From contig PDIP01000039.1 of the NCBI GenBank assembly GCA_002811645.1, forward strand, positions 173,672-237,671: 64,000 bases of DNA. Direction: 5' to 3'. Made by a program: the position numbers and the translations under genes. The notes beneath the pieces are model-generated. The model did no database searches and was not told where the DNA came from. It saw only the letters and a list, made by a program, of their open reading frames with translations. Position 1 is the stretch's first letter; every line of letters begins with the position of its first letter. Shown one piece after another: positions 44,401-55,213 of this stretch. Source of the DNA: Corallochytrium limacisporum Hawaii (lineage: Eukaryota; Protista; Pluriformea).

Positions 44401-46256
44401 TTCTGCTGGGACAAGCGGTTCTCCAGGTCCAGGAAGGTAGCGGGAATACCAGAGCCCAAGATAATGGCCAGCATACCGTCGGCCATGAAACAGGAGTTGC
44501 TAGCGGCGAATCCGGCTGCACTGTAGTTGGTTCCCTTGTCATCGTTCTGTTTGTAGCGAGCGAAATGGTTGACGGAGAAACGCAGCTTGTCCTTGTTCAC
44601 GCCGGGGACATGGGGACTGTGGCTGGTGTTGCTCTCGACTAGGTCCAGGCAGTCAAAGTCAGTGGTGTACGCGTTCAGGAAGCCACTGCGCTGGTTGTGC
44701 TCGGTAGAGGCATTCAGAATGGTCACCACACCGTACTCGGGGTTGTCCAGGGCGTCCAGGTAGCGGGCGGCCCGCTTGGCGCTCTTCTTGGCCATGGCCA
44801 CAGTAGCGTCATCGGCGCGCACGTTACGCAGGTACGAGGCAATTTGCGTACTAGTCCAGCAATTCATGCGCTCGTCAGCATAGTTCAGGCAGAAATCCTT
44901 GTAGCTGAGGACTTCGGTCTTGCTCGAAGAGCCGGCATTCAGGTTCCCACGCTCCATGATACCAATGAAGTTAGCAATGGTCAGGGAGATGGCTTCGTCA
45001 GCGCGGCCGGTGCCGCTCAAAGCCTTACTGCACAGGAAGACCACACAGCGCCAAATCTCTGTGTAGAGGCTGGAGGCAACCAGTTCACGCTGCTGTTCCG
45101 CAGCCCACTGGTCCAGACCCACGCGGAGCTTCTCCCGACCTACGGTGGTCAGGCGCGTGGTCAGGGCACGCTTCATGGGACCGACCATGTCCTCACTACC
45201 ACCCAGGCACTGCGCCATGCTGGCCAGGACTTCTGGGTCACGGATCTTGGCAAGGCCGTTGAAGTCGTCCTTGAACTCCAGGCGGTCCATGGTCACCAGG
45301 AAAGCCAGCAGACGGAAAAGGGTGGCGGCTGCATCGATGCCCGCGGCACCGTCACCACTGTCCGAGAGTGTGTTTATGGCTTCAGTTACCTTCTCCATCT
45401 GACGATTCAGCTCTGCTCCCGTGGCGGCCAAGGGCCCCGTGACCAAGTTAATGCTACCGCTGTCCAAACCAATGCTGCGACGCTGACGTTCAGTGCACGA
45501 TGCGAGCGAGTAGGCGAAGATGTTGAACCAAGGTCGGTTCTTGTTGCTACTGCTGCTGGCGGAGGAGCGCCACGTACGCCCGACGTGACCCCAAGGGCAA
45601 AGCAACGGGGACTCCAAGGAAATTCCAAAGAGATTGGCCCCTTGTTCTGACATTCGTGCAGTGGTGATCAATGCATACTGACGCTCAGCGCCAGTGTAAC
45701 CGAAGGCTTCAAGAAGAACATTGGCCATTTGGAACCGTTTACTGAGCCGATCGTTGGTGGCAACCTTTTCACCAATAAGAGCGCCGAGCAGGGCGGATTC
45801 GATACCGTTCGCGGCAGGGTGGTGGTCACCGTGCAGGAATATAATATGGTGGCCCTCACGGCGATACACCTCAGGAAGAACGACCTCCTTGTTCCACTGG
45901 TAGAATTCCCGAACGGCCATGTTGTCCTGGTTGAGGACAGCGGTGTGGTCAGTGGTCTGGTCATCACGGAAGACCACCATGACGGCAGGGGTAGCTGCGA
46001 ACGGACGAATAATCACAGAGCGCGGGGGCATACCTTGCTTGCTGGAATTGAGACCGGCCTCCTTCACCTCTTCGGCGAGGTGCGTAGCCAGAGTACCGTG
46101 TTCCAGTCCGTCCATGTTGAGGGCCTGGTGGTGGCCACCGTTGGCGCGGCCATTGCTGGTTAGCGGTTGGCTGGCGCTAGAGCTGTTGTTGTCTTCCTCA
46201 ACGGAATCAATGGCCAGTGAGGTCCGAATTTGCGAAGGTGGCGGTGGCGGTGCCAT
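41460..46256 (-). CDS. Chitin synthase (division 2) with degenerate N-terminal myosin motor-like domain
   Basis: AWREK, VTCYTEG, KPGNRGKRDSQ, VDADT, QVFEYFISH, FGSVTCLPGCFS, LGEDRFL, QRRRW, WHMDDFGWG; myosin remnants ANVLLEAFG, FCLNYADE, FSVNHFA. First ATG at 46256. Confidence 0.95.
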   Translation of the reverse strand: MAPPPPPSQIRTSLAIDSVEEDNNSSSASQPLTSNGRANGGHHQALNMDGLEHGTLATHLAEEVKEAGLNSSKQGMPPRSVIIRPFAATPAVMVVFRDDQTTDHTAVLNQDNMAVREFYQWNKEVVLPEVYRREGHHIIFLHGDHHPAANGIESALLGALIGEKVATNDRLSKRFQMANVLLEAFGYTGAERQYALITTARMSEQGANLFGISLESPLLCPWGHVGRTWRSSASSSSNKNRPWFNIFAYSLASCTERQRRSIGLDSGSINLVTGPLAATGAELNRQMEKVTEAINTLSDSGDGAAGIDAAATLFRLLAFLVTMDRLEFKDDFNGLAKIRDPEVLASMAQCLGGSEDMVGPMKRALTTRLTTVGREKLRVGLDQWAAEQQRELVASSLYTEIWRCVVFLCSKALSGTGRADEAISLTIANFIGIMERGNLNAGSSSKTEVLSYKDFCLNYADERMNCWTSTQIASYLRNVRADDATVAMAKKSAKRAARYLDALDNPEYGVVTILNASTEHNQRSGFLNAYTTDFDCLDLVESNTSHSPHVPGVNKDKLRFSVNHFARYKQNDDKGTNYSAAGFAASNSCFMADGMLAIILGSGIPATFLDLENRLSQQKASSSTPYSNNNFGRTIGRTLRRTQSHRNVRSVNFMDKRKATILGDFNSVLSNMVRDRPFIWHCYVLKYSKNLPRKISKLGLGPLGHATAAKCERLAAPLPGGADYNAQFMADGYTIQSGFGAGGKKTLRGDVGSGVVSYRDFDRIRKEKLEAQQEALRRTPAVQKEQRGGGIDQNDIVRELEVMAAQDSDRASRDKRDDFEDIYQARDDIKATRRTRGKRDVLPVTHQRIEAALRAKMARGENITVKKSKEKSPYGKLSGLTRARVIWVGLAYLVSLGPLFTVLSKPWKSLRSKASRIAWREKFLIAFIMLVLSGAFITLLVIFDLFLCGTGDPLDGEFLCTANQFVLIIGAGVILLVVFIRWMFALRLPKVLHSETFRHEGYVVMLVTCYTEGPKELNKTLKSLAVTEYPDQQKLMFIVCDGMIRGADEDRLTPDIVLDILGGPSVEELPEHTFSYQSVAEVPEKMYNTARIWSGYYCVEGHKVPAVVIIKSGVRGETVKPGNRGKRDSQVLLYRWLNRVCTEQPMAPMELELTRQIAKRFSIDSRAYEYLMAVDADTYVYPDSLPILIHAFNKEAKLLGACGETKVAREKGDSFVTKSQVFEYFISHNMNKMFESRFGSVTCLPGCFSVYRIRERTPEEGESFPAPLLVSGDIIRQYAVGEVETLHEKNLLKLGEDRFLSTILLARYYNAGYKMRYVPQAVCRTVVPEDFTTLTSQRRRWINSTIHNLWELVFSNTQLCGCGPIGMKFVILLDLMSTFLLPAGIAFLIYLIVEAFVSGDVPIVALVGFVVLILLQVIICLILGRPHQVKMMIWFLLNIPYYYVYLPIYSVWHMDDFGWGATRVVFQGTEGGADGVDNNQVNVPFQVGHYPLMRWSEFARDAGIKTDHLEGYDPDGTLQRPGASLRKMQPKALRDFGNNYSQDGRATGVVSDENLASSPDPQAILDRSRKKRVSRQESDYVHDKKGQAKPGLDSYMRE

Positions 46257-47054
46257 CTTTGTCTGTCTATATCTAGTTAGTCTGTAACTCCGTGGCTGTG
46301 CGTGCAATACCTAGACACAATAGTTAAGGAATACCCGGGTGTGTGTTACTCTCTGTATACACCTGTACTTCTTCGGGTATTTGCTTGCCTTACGTTCACT
46401 CTCTTCAATTTCACTGTTTCTCCTTTGACTACTTTAGAGGAGCATGTCGCATGTTCTAATAAATAGACGATTCCTATAGCCTCTATACCTATTCCCAGAG
46501 TCGTCTCCCTTTTATATCTCTCCCGATCCCTTGCACCGCAATGTAACCAGCTTCTGTGCACGCACACTCTGTTGCACGTTTGTGTAGCAACATAATCCTT
46601 ACTCGCTTGATGCGACCTTAACCGCTTTCGGATAGGTCCATCAAGAAATTGTGAAAAAATATGTCGCTCACTGCACCCAAAAAGAGAATGGCCACAGACA
46701 CGGACACAACCACAAGCGGCACCCACCGCAAACGCAACAACGCGGACGGACGGTGAGGACCCCTTCCCAGCATGTCACGCAGAAAAAATTCCAGGAAGGC
46801 GGCGATCGCAAGCACTGGGCATGGGTACCAAATCCGCAGAGATTGTCATTATTTTATTATGGAGATGGCATGCGAAGCGCGAGTGTAATTGAACGGAGAG
46901 CACTCTCCCCTCGGTTCGAGTGACCAGCCCCGTGAGTCTCCTCCTCCCCCCCCCCTCCCCCCTCTCCCCCTTTTCCTTGGCTCCGTTCCGTTTATTTTTT
47001 TTTCTCTTTGCCTGCTTTCTCCGTCTCCCTCACTCCCTACACTCCCCCCCCCCC

Positions 47055-47258
47055 NNNNNNNNNNNNNNNNNNNNNNNNNNNNNNNNNNNNNNNNNNNNNN
47101 NNNNNNNNNNNNNNNNNNNNNNNNNNNNNNNNNNNNNNNNNNNNNNNNNNNNNNNNNNNNNNNNNNNNNNNNNNNNNNNNNNNNNNNNNNNNNNNNNNNN
47201 NNNNNNNNNNNNNNNNNNNNNNNNNNNNNNNNNNNNNNNNNNNNNNNNNNNNNNNNNN
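47055..47258. other. Assembly gap (N run)
   Basis: Ns flanked by poly-C. Confidence 1.
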
Positions 47259-50200
47259 CCCCCTCCCCTCCCTCTCTCTCTTCCTTACATTCCCCCCCTC
47301 GCCCTTTCTCCCTCTTGCCGATTTGCACTCACCGGGCAGCCTCCACCCCGGCAAAGTTACTTCTCTCTCTCTTTTTTGTTTTACTTTTCTCTCTCTCAAC
47401 GTTCTTTTTCCGGATCCCCGCTTTGCTTGCCTTTGCTCTTCTTTTTTTTTGTTCATTGCGCTGTGAACGCCTTTACACACTGTCTCTCGCCTTTCTTTTT
47501 TTTCTCTCTTTCTCTCTATTTGTATTTTTCTCTTTTTTATCTCTCTTTTTTTTTGTATTCTGTCCTGCAACCCAAAGAACGCAGTACTCCCTGAGTCCCA
47601 TCGTTGATGAGTCAGTGGTGCATACATTATCCATATAGAAAGGCAATTTGAATAAGGGACACATTCCTCGCTTTTTGACATTTTTGCTCGGCTTTTCGGG
47701 ATTTTCCTTTCTCTTTCGTTTTGGGCGCGCGGACTCGGGCAGCGGGAAACAAAAAAAAAAAGAGTAAGAACCGGACCGCCAAAAAAAAAGTAAGAACGAA
47801 CTGGGTAATTTCACTGCTACGGTGCGAAGAATGCGGTCTGCGTGGGGGGGGAGGGAAGTTAGGGGTAGGGAAACAAAGGGGGAAGAATGGAATGGGGTCT
47901 CTTGTATGTGTATGTGCGTGTGTGTGCGTGTGTGTGCGTGTGTGTGTGTCGTGTGTGTCGTGTGTCGTGTGGTGTGTGTCGTGTGTGTGAACTCATTCCA
48001 TCGATAGCGAGGACCTATCCCATCGTATTCCCGGCTATCTGCTCTTTTAACCGCTGCAAATCAGTCTTTCCTTCCTCGACACAACCGCATCATCAAGCGG
48101 GCCGGGGAAAGAATAGAATAGGGAAATCACGGGCCGATCAAAGGAAAAGGAAAAAAAATAGAAAGTAAAGAAAAAAAAACCAACCGCCCGCGAAACCACC
48201 ACCACCACCACCACAATAAAAAAAGTAAAAAAAGAAAGAGGAAAGTGTAACCAAAGGGGAACGATATGCTGATCGGCCCGTCCATTCGTAGCATACAATA
48301 CCTACCTTTATTTGAGACCTTATCCGCCAGGGGAGGAGTCAGTCACAGGAACACTCCGGGCACAGAAGCGATGAGACAGGGAAGACGGACAAAGTCGCGC
48401 ACACCGAGGAAAAGTCGGCCGGGCCGATGGGGGGGGGGGAGGAGGAGGAGGAGGAGAAAAAAATGTTAGGGGAAAGAGAGAGAATATGCTTGGGAGAGAG
48501 GACGGGGGCCAGTACAGTAGTGACTTCATTGGCCCAAAAAAAGGAAAATTACACAGGGAGGAGACCGAAAATGCAGGTGGGTGGTGGGAGGGAAGCCGGG
48601 AAGGGGAGAGAGAGAGAGAGAGAAGAAAGAGGAAAAGGTCGGAAGACGGGGTTTAAGAAGGGACGCGGGGGAGAGAGAGAGAGAGAGAGAGAGAGGGGAG
48701 ACACACCCAACCTAGAGAGAGAGACACACACACACACGACACGGTGAGGGGACGCACACGGGGTGTCTCATTGTTGGATGGTGCAGTAGTGAACGTATGA
48801 TAAATGTTTTCGAAGCAATAGAGATCTGGAAGAACCACCAATGTGTGAGAGATGGAATGAAAGAAAGTGAGAGAAAAAACAAAGCGTTTGATCCAATATT
48901 TGGAGAGGAGGAAAATAGGAGAACCCGGGAACACAGAGCGTGTGCATACAAAACATACGGAGAAATTGTGTCAACAAAGTACACCGAGTGCTTCTTGGTC
49001 CGATTGCGTGCTTCCGTTGCACCGTCCCATAAATTCTCATCATTTTTGATAGGCGGCCAATGTGAAGCTATATACCATTGTTAGATTCTTGGTGAGCGTG
49101 TATTCGATACTCGCTGGGGCGATGGAGATTCCTGGCAAACGTATGGGTGGTAGTTTTCTTTCAGCCGTACCCGATACCAACCAACATTCCAGCGTTCCAT
49201 ACTTCTTCCTATTTTTCTTGTCATACATTCAATATTCAGTACTGCACCTCCCAAGACCGTTCGATCGCCCATTCTTTTGGTGCGCTCACTTTCTCGTCTC
49301 CCGCTCTCCCTCTTCCCGGATTCATCACCTATCAATTAGTCTCCGAGGCCTCTGCGTTCCTAAGAGAGCAGAGATAAAGGACGAGGACAACACCCAAGAA
49401 AATACTGCAGTGAAATGCTATAGATATAGTGGATTGTGATGTGTAGTTACGCTCCAACTAGCACCTGCGCAGCAAACCAAACAGTTCGACGTCGGAACGC
49501 TCTTTCCCTTTTTTATTATTTCCTTGGAGATAGGTCAGGGGACAAATGCTTCTTACCCGAGGAGCAACCACTCTGGGGCTGCCGCAACTGCGCATTCTCC
49601 CCCAATGTTCAGTACAAGTATTCGGCCCACTCCCGTTCTCCCCACCGAGAACAGGGGCAGAGAGAAGGGATCTCGTTCTCGCTGGCTTGTTTGTCGGAGT
49701 TTCTCCTTATGGACATTGGTGGGATGCTTCTGAAACTTACCACACAAGGGAATTCTATAATGAATGTATGATAATACGAGTCACGAAATTTCCCTGTTTT
49801 GTAAGTAATATGGGATCAATGTTTCGCACTTTTGCAAAATTCACGTATGGTTGTCGTGTCCAGGTCTCAAGCTTGCCGTCGGTAGTCATGGGTTGTGGTT
49901 GGTTTCTCGACGTATTTTCCATACATTCATTACTGAACTGAAAAATCAAACCAGGGAAGATAGTTCAGTGTCCGTTAGCTGCAAGCCCGATACACATCTT
50001 TTGCGTCCCCGCCTGGCGTCACCCGTGTTTCGCTTTTTTGGTGAATTACTTTTGACGGCATTGGCCAACACTTTTGCTAAGAGTTTCGCCTTGCAGAGCA
50101 GGAGCGTTGTGGGGGACCCCAGGGCAAGAAACCCGACCGACAGGGCCGTCAGTGTTCAAGCGAACGTAAAATTTGTCGTCGCTCAGTGACCCGAGCAGGG

Positions 50201-52610
50201 CCGATGCACCAACAACAGCAGATACCAGACTGTTTGGTTCGTTGACAGATTATTTCGAATACATTTACTATCCAAATGTTTAGTATTGTAACCTACCATG
50301 CCAGGTCCATGGGCAGGTGTGATAGGTAATGCAAGGCAGGATGCCAAGATAGGCCGTGTACGGGGTTGGCATGAATTTTTTTGAACCCAATTTATTCCAG
50401 GAAAAAATATATTTCTCTTGCCGTACGTTTTCTTTGTGACCGCTCCCTCCCCCGTACCTTTAACTTTTGCCCTATTGTTCACGGCTTTGACCCTCTTTGG
50501 TTATGGATTTCGTTATGGCACCAATGACAGCAAGGAAAAAAAATATCCCCCCACCCAGACCCCATCAACACGAACCTCATGTCTGCCAGTGTTTCTCTAA
50601 GAGACCGATGAAAAAAAGACAGGGACTCCCAAACACCCAGGCCCACGCACTTTGATCTCCCCTCCCACTCCCTTTTTCGTCCGTCTTTTGCTGCACCATT
50701 TGCCTTTATGGCCACAGACTCTGTTGTCGAGGATGGGATGGGACGGTGGTGAAAGGGGCCGCCAGGTAAACAGACAACCGCAAGGGTTAGGGGGAGGACA
50801 AGGAGCGTTGGTGCCTTTGCCCCATTGCTATAGCAGCAGAGAAATTGACACCAACAAGCAGACGGATATATCCAATGGGGGACGGGGAAGAGCGGAGCGG
50901 GGAGCAAGGAGAAACAGAACCCCCCCCCTCCCTCCCCCCACCTTCACCTTCCTCCCTCGTGATGCAGAGCGGAGCAAGGCAGAAGACAGCATAGAGCGCG
51001 CACACACACACAGAGCACACAGCACACACTCAGAGATGGAGAGATGGTCACGTTTTGAGTACGCCTACCTTCTCCTCCTTCTCCTTTTAACTTTTTCATC
51101 CCGAGCAAGGGGGGAATTTGTTGCAGGGTGGTTAAGTAGTGTCTGTTGCCCTTTTCTCCGCCTACTGTCGCCAATGGCGGGGAGGGCTCCTCCTCCATTC
51201 CGGGAACGTTACGCCTCCTTCAGGGGGCTCGCGTCTCACTCTCTCTTGTCGATCGCTAAACCCAACCCAACCCCCGCCGGCCGGGCGCTTGTCGCGCGCA
51301 CTGTCCTCCAGTATCGGCCCGCACCACCCATCGTGCAGCATGGTAACCCACTTCAGAGTGGTAAGGTCACTGGCATTCCCGTACAAACACTATAGGAGAG
51401 AGCGCACCACTCGGGCCAGGGACGATGGCATTATCCGCTAGATCGGTACACGCAAAAGGACAGCAAGGGACTCACTTGGTGATATGCACTGGCAAGCCCC
51501 TTCTTCCCTTTATTACTATCTCTTTTTCTTATTTTTCTTGCTTGCTTTCGTTTTCTGCAAGACGTTTGCTTTTCGTGCTCAAACGTATCTTCTTCCAAGC
51601 CCGTTCACTCAAATCTCTCTGGAAATTGTTTGCGCCCATTTCCCTATAATGCCATCCCACAAAAGAAATAAACTGCCTGGCTGTAAGAGAGTAGCAGGAA
51701 AAAGCCACAGATTATTAACGGAGCCAGTCACAGCATCGAAGCAACTATCACGAACCATATTGAACAACAGGATGGACATTGTGTAATACATTCATTATGA
51801 GGAATCCAAGCATTCTCGACATCACCACCACCAACCCCCGCACCCATACTGTCGGTCTCAGTACCAACACAAGACCCAGACAATTAGGTCTCAAACTTAT
51901 TTTTCTGTCCTATTCGCCCGTTTCGACGTTTGTGTGCTCATATATTTACTACTCGCTCGTGTACTTTGTGGACTGCGACACGCATAAAAAAATCTCTGCA
52001 AACTTCTCCGGGACATAAGGACAGGATGCGGACCAAAAAGGCAGGAGATGTTGGATTCCGTAATGAATGAACTGGGCCGTTTGCGGCAGGACTCCGTATT
52101 TTGGGGGCAAGTCTTAGCATCCCCGACTGTATTCAACGCGAACAGGCTCGTCATAACGCATACGCAGTTCCCCCTGTGCACGTTGGTTCTCTTTTCGTTT
52201 TGCTTTCTTCAGCTCCCCAACCGCCTGCCCCACTCCCTTCCTCGGATGTTTCTTCCGCGAGAGATTTTCACATTTACACCCGGTTCATAATGAATGAACG
52301 GGAAAACTTTTCGATATTTCCCTTGTGTGTGTGTGGAGGGGGGGGGAGAACTGGAGCCATAGTGCTGCAGAACCGCTGGACGTCCCTACGGACACGGAAT
52401 GATCGGGAGCTGCTAGCGGACAACGAGGGCGCGCTGGTGAAAGTATTGGAAAGAAAGAAAGGCACGGTACCGGGAAATCGGAGTGATGGGCACTACCACT
52501 GACGAATGTTGCCACACTTTACCAATAAAGGTACCATACATTTACTATTGAATCATTTGGGGGGGGGGGGGGGATATAATATCATCACCACTTTACACTT
52601 ACTTGCGTTT

Positions 52611-52658
52611 NNNNNNNNNNNNNNNNNNNNNNNNNNNNNNNNNNNNNNNNNNNNNNNN
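52611..52658. other. Assembly gap with duplicated flanks
   Basis: Ns; about 50 bp is repeated on both sides. Confidence 1.
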
Positions 52659-53585
52659 TGGGGGGGGGGGGGGTGATATAATATCATCACCACTTTACAC
52701 TTACTTGCGTTTAACATGTACCGCTGATCGGGGGTCACATTTTCTTGCAATTCGGCCCCTAATTTACCGGGATATCCATCCCAACCGATTTTGGGGAGGA
52801 TCCGCGTAGATTAACCTTCGAGCAACACCCACACACACAGACCCATAAAACACGTATGCACGCGAGCATCCACAGACATTGACGTTCCATGTACCACCGG
52901 CGACGTTTTGCTCCCCGTTACTGGATCGACTAATTGACCTGTCATATTCCACCCGGAAAGCTAGCCAATGGCGGCAGATGGCTACGGATGGTGGTTGCCA
53001 GTGCAGATTTCCGTCATCAGTCGCATCCTTCCAGCCTCGTTCTTCAGCAACGCGTTCTGTATTTTCCACTTCAACAATATCTTAAGCCTTCCGTAGCATG
53101 CCCAAGATGTTGCTGGCTATAGATGTTCGCCTTGGATATCTGTTCCTTCCAATACACGCCGCGTCCGTCTGACGAGGTTCTGTGAGCTTATGCACAGCGT
53201 GGACCGAGAGTTGCCAGGAGCACCAGTGGAAAACGTAAGAACCGAGGGCCAGGCCCCGAAAGCTTTGGTCGGTAAATAGGCCCCCTTCCCGTCTCTTTTC
53301 GCGGAGAGCCTCAAACCCCTGACTGTTAAAGATATACGGACTAGTGACGGTCTGATGGCTATTTCGCCTCCCAACTTTTCGCGGGCTCAGGGCGAGTTCT
53401 GTGTTTGGACTCTGGGAGCCCCCGCGAGGGTTAGACGTAGGACTTTCGCAGTAGTTCATGTGTCCGGTGCCTGGTTCTTGATCCTCAGATCATATCCGGA
53501 ATCAATGCTATTCAAGGACTTATTTCCAAGTAATTTGCAAATAAATGCATGTAGCCAATAGGTTGGGAATGCGAAAGAATTGATC

Positions 53586-55007
53586 ATGGATGGAAAAGAC
53601 AATGCATGGCAGAGTCTGTTGGCTGATGTGGCCCAACAGAGTAGCCCCAGCACCTTGCAGACAGCTGGACGAAAGGTTGCCTTGATTGGACCAGCCAGTG
53701 AGAGCGCTCTGGAGCACTGGCTCCGCGATGTAGCAGCGGCCGGAAGCAGCACTCAGAGAGGAAGCTCCACTGCACTGGGCGTCAAGCACACAGTGTTCAA
53801 GTACAGGACACCGGGCGTCCACAGTAGATCTACGTCTGCAGTTCAGTTTCCAGTGGTTTGCTGGTCAATTTCGCGCAAGAATGACATTGCTGAGGTCCTA
53901 GGCGCAGCTATAAAGGAGGGCGGTGTTGACATTGGTGATCTAAATATCGGCATTTGCCTGGACTACTCGCGACCTTGGTCTCTGGTCAGCGACCTTAACG
54001 ACTGCCTTGATAGACTGGGATCGCTTATGCTCGAGCAGGCTACCGCAGAAGGGCAAGTGCGACACATGAAAGATACAGTTTGTAAGGCATTCGCTGCCTA
54101 CCGCGATGCAGCTGCATTTTCTTCTGCATCCGCCAGCGAAACAGCCCCGCGAGCCAAAGACGAAGTCGTCACCAATTCCACTAATTCCGCTGCGGTGAGC
54201 ACCGAAGTCATAGAAGCGGTCCGCACAGAATTGAGCAGCTGTCTCGGGCTCCCAGTCATGGTGCTCTGCGTGAATGTCCCTGCCATGGACGATGAGGAGG
54301 ACGATCAGACAACCACTGGTGGTGATGACCAGTCCAACCGGGTGCCAACCAAGCGCCTCAACGACGATCAAACTGATTACGTAGTACGCACCTGCCGCAG
54401 TCTGTGCTTAAAGTCGGGCCTAGGATTTGGCATGATAACGCGACGAGCTGTACGCGAAGGCCACCTATGGGAGCATTTGTGTGCAATGGCCGGCTCCGTC
54501 CCCGTGAGTCAGGACGAAGAGAGCATCATGGCGATTGCCAGTGATGTCTATAACTCGGTCATTCCGTTTGGATGGGATTCCGAATCAAAGATCACGCAGC
54601 AGTTTGCTGACATGCGCATCAAACCTGCGGAGATGACTTTTGGCGAGGTAGTGAAGATGCCGGCGTCGTTGGCGGATGCGGAGGAGCAAGGGCACGTCCA
54701 AAGCACATACGTGACAATCGGGAGTGAGCAAAGCTTCTTGGAGGGCCTGAGCAAGGTCCTGACCACCACGAAGGCTGCCAAACCCCGGGACGAGGTCACC
54801 GAACCTGAAGCAGCCGTGGAAGGACCGGGTGCTGCGGCGGCCACAGCGGATAGCCCTGTCAAACCCATGTCCAACAGTTCGGAGAAGGTACCGTCGCCGG
54901 CGAAACCAGCGGCCTCACCGGCCCAGAGTTCCGGCGCCACCGACGACAAGGCCCTCGAATCCTTCTTCACTGGCCTGCTCAAGCAGAGCAAAGGTCGTAA
55001 GAAGTAG
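53586..55007 (+). CDS. Cytoplasmic dynein light intermediate chain (divergent)
   Basis: N-terminal NAWQSLLADV, CLDYSRPWSL, LGLPVMV, IPFGWDSESKI, EQSFL, C-terminal LESFFTGLL adaptor-binding helix. Confidence 0.82.
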   Translation: MDGKDNAWQSLLADVAQQSSPSTLQTAGRKVALIGPASESALEHWLRDVAAAGSSTQRGSSTALGVKHTVFKYRTPGVHSRSTSAVQFPVVCWSISRKNDIAEVLGAAIKEGGVDIGDLNIGICLDYSRPWSLVSDLNDCLDRLGSLMLEQATAEGQVRHMKDTVCKAFAAYRDAAAFSSASASETAPRAKDEVVTNSTNSAAVSTEVIEAVRTELSSCLGLPVMVLCVNVPAMDDEEDDQTTTGGDDQSNRVPTKRLNDDQTDYVVRTCRSLCLKSGLGFGMITRRAVREGHLWEHLCAMAGSVPVSQDEESIMAIASDVYNSVIPFGWDSESKITQQFADMRIKPAEMTFGEVVKMPASLADAEEQGHVQSTYVTIGSEQSFLEGLSKVLTTTKAAKPRDEVTEPEAAVEGPGAAAATADSPVKPMSNSSEKVPSPAKPAASPAQSSGATDDKALESFFTGLLKQSKGRKK

Positions 55008-55213
55008 AGTTTCATGACCTCCTTTGTTCTGTTTGGGATTCAGTAACAAACCAATTCACTCTCTTCACACGTCGGGATGTCCAGAACTGGGTGACACGAA
55101 CAAAAAGCGAAGTTATTCCATGTAATCTAAGAAGTAGTTACTACTATTCAGTTGTGGTGTGTGAAATGTGTGATATAGTGTTTTGTTTTTGTGCAAGACG
55201 AGTCTAAACGGTT

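Noticed and set aside
46861-46930. GGTTCGAG tRNA B-box-like sequence
   Set aside because: No cloverleaf or acceptor stem found; no tRNA, rRNA or CRISPR array was recognised anywhere in the window
50652-51395. 247-aa ORF in the long intergenic region
   Set aside because: Non-ATG start, low-complexity and microsatellite-derived composition, no motifs
52558-52712. Direct repeat of about 50 bp (poly-G...GATATAATATCATCACCACTTTACACTTACTTGCGTTT)
   Set aside because: The copies flank an N gap and differ only in the poly-G run; most likely an unmerged contig overlap
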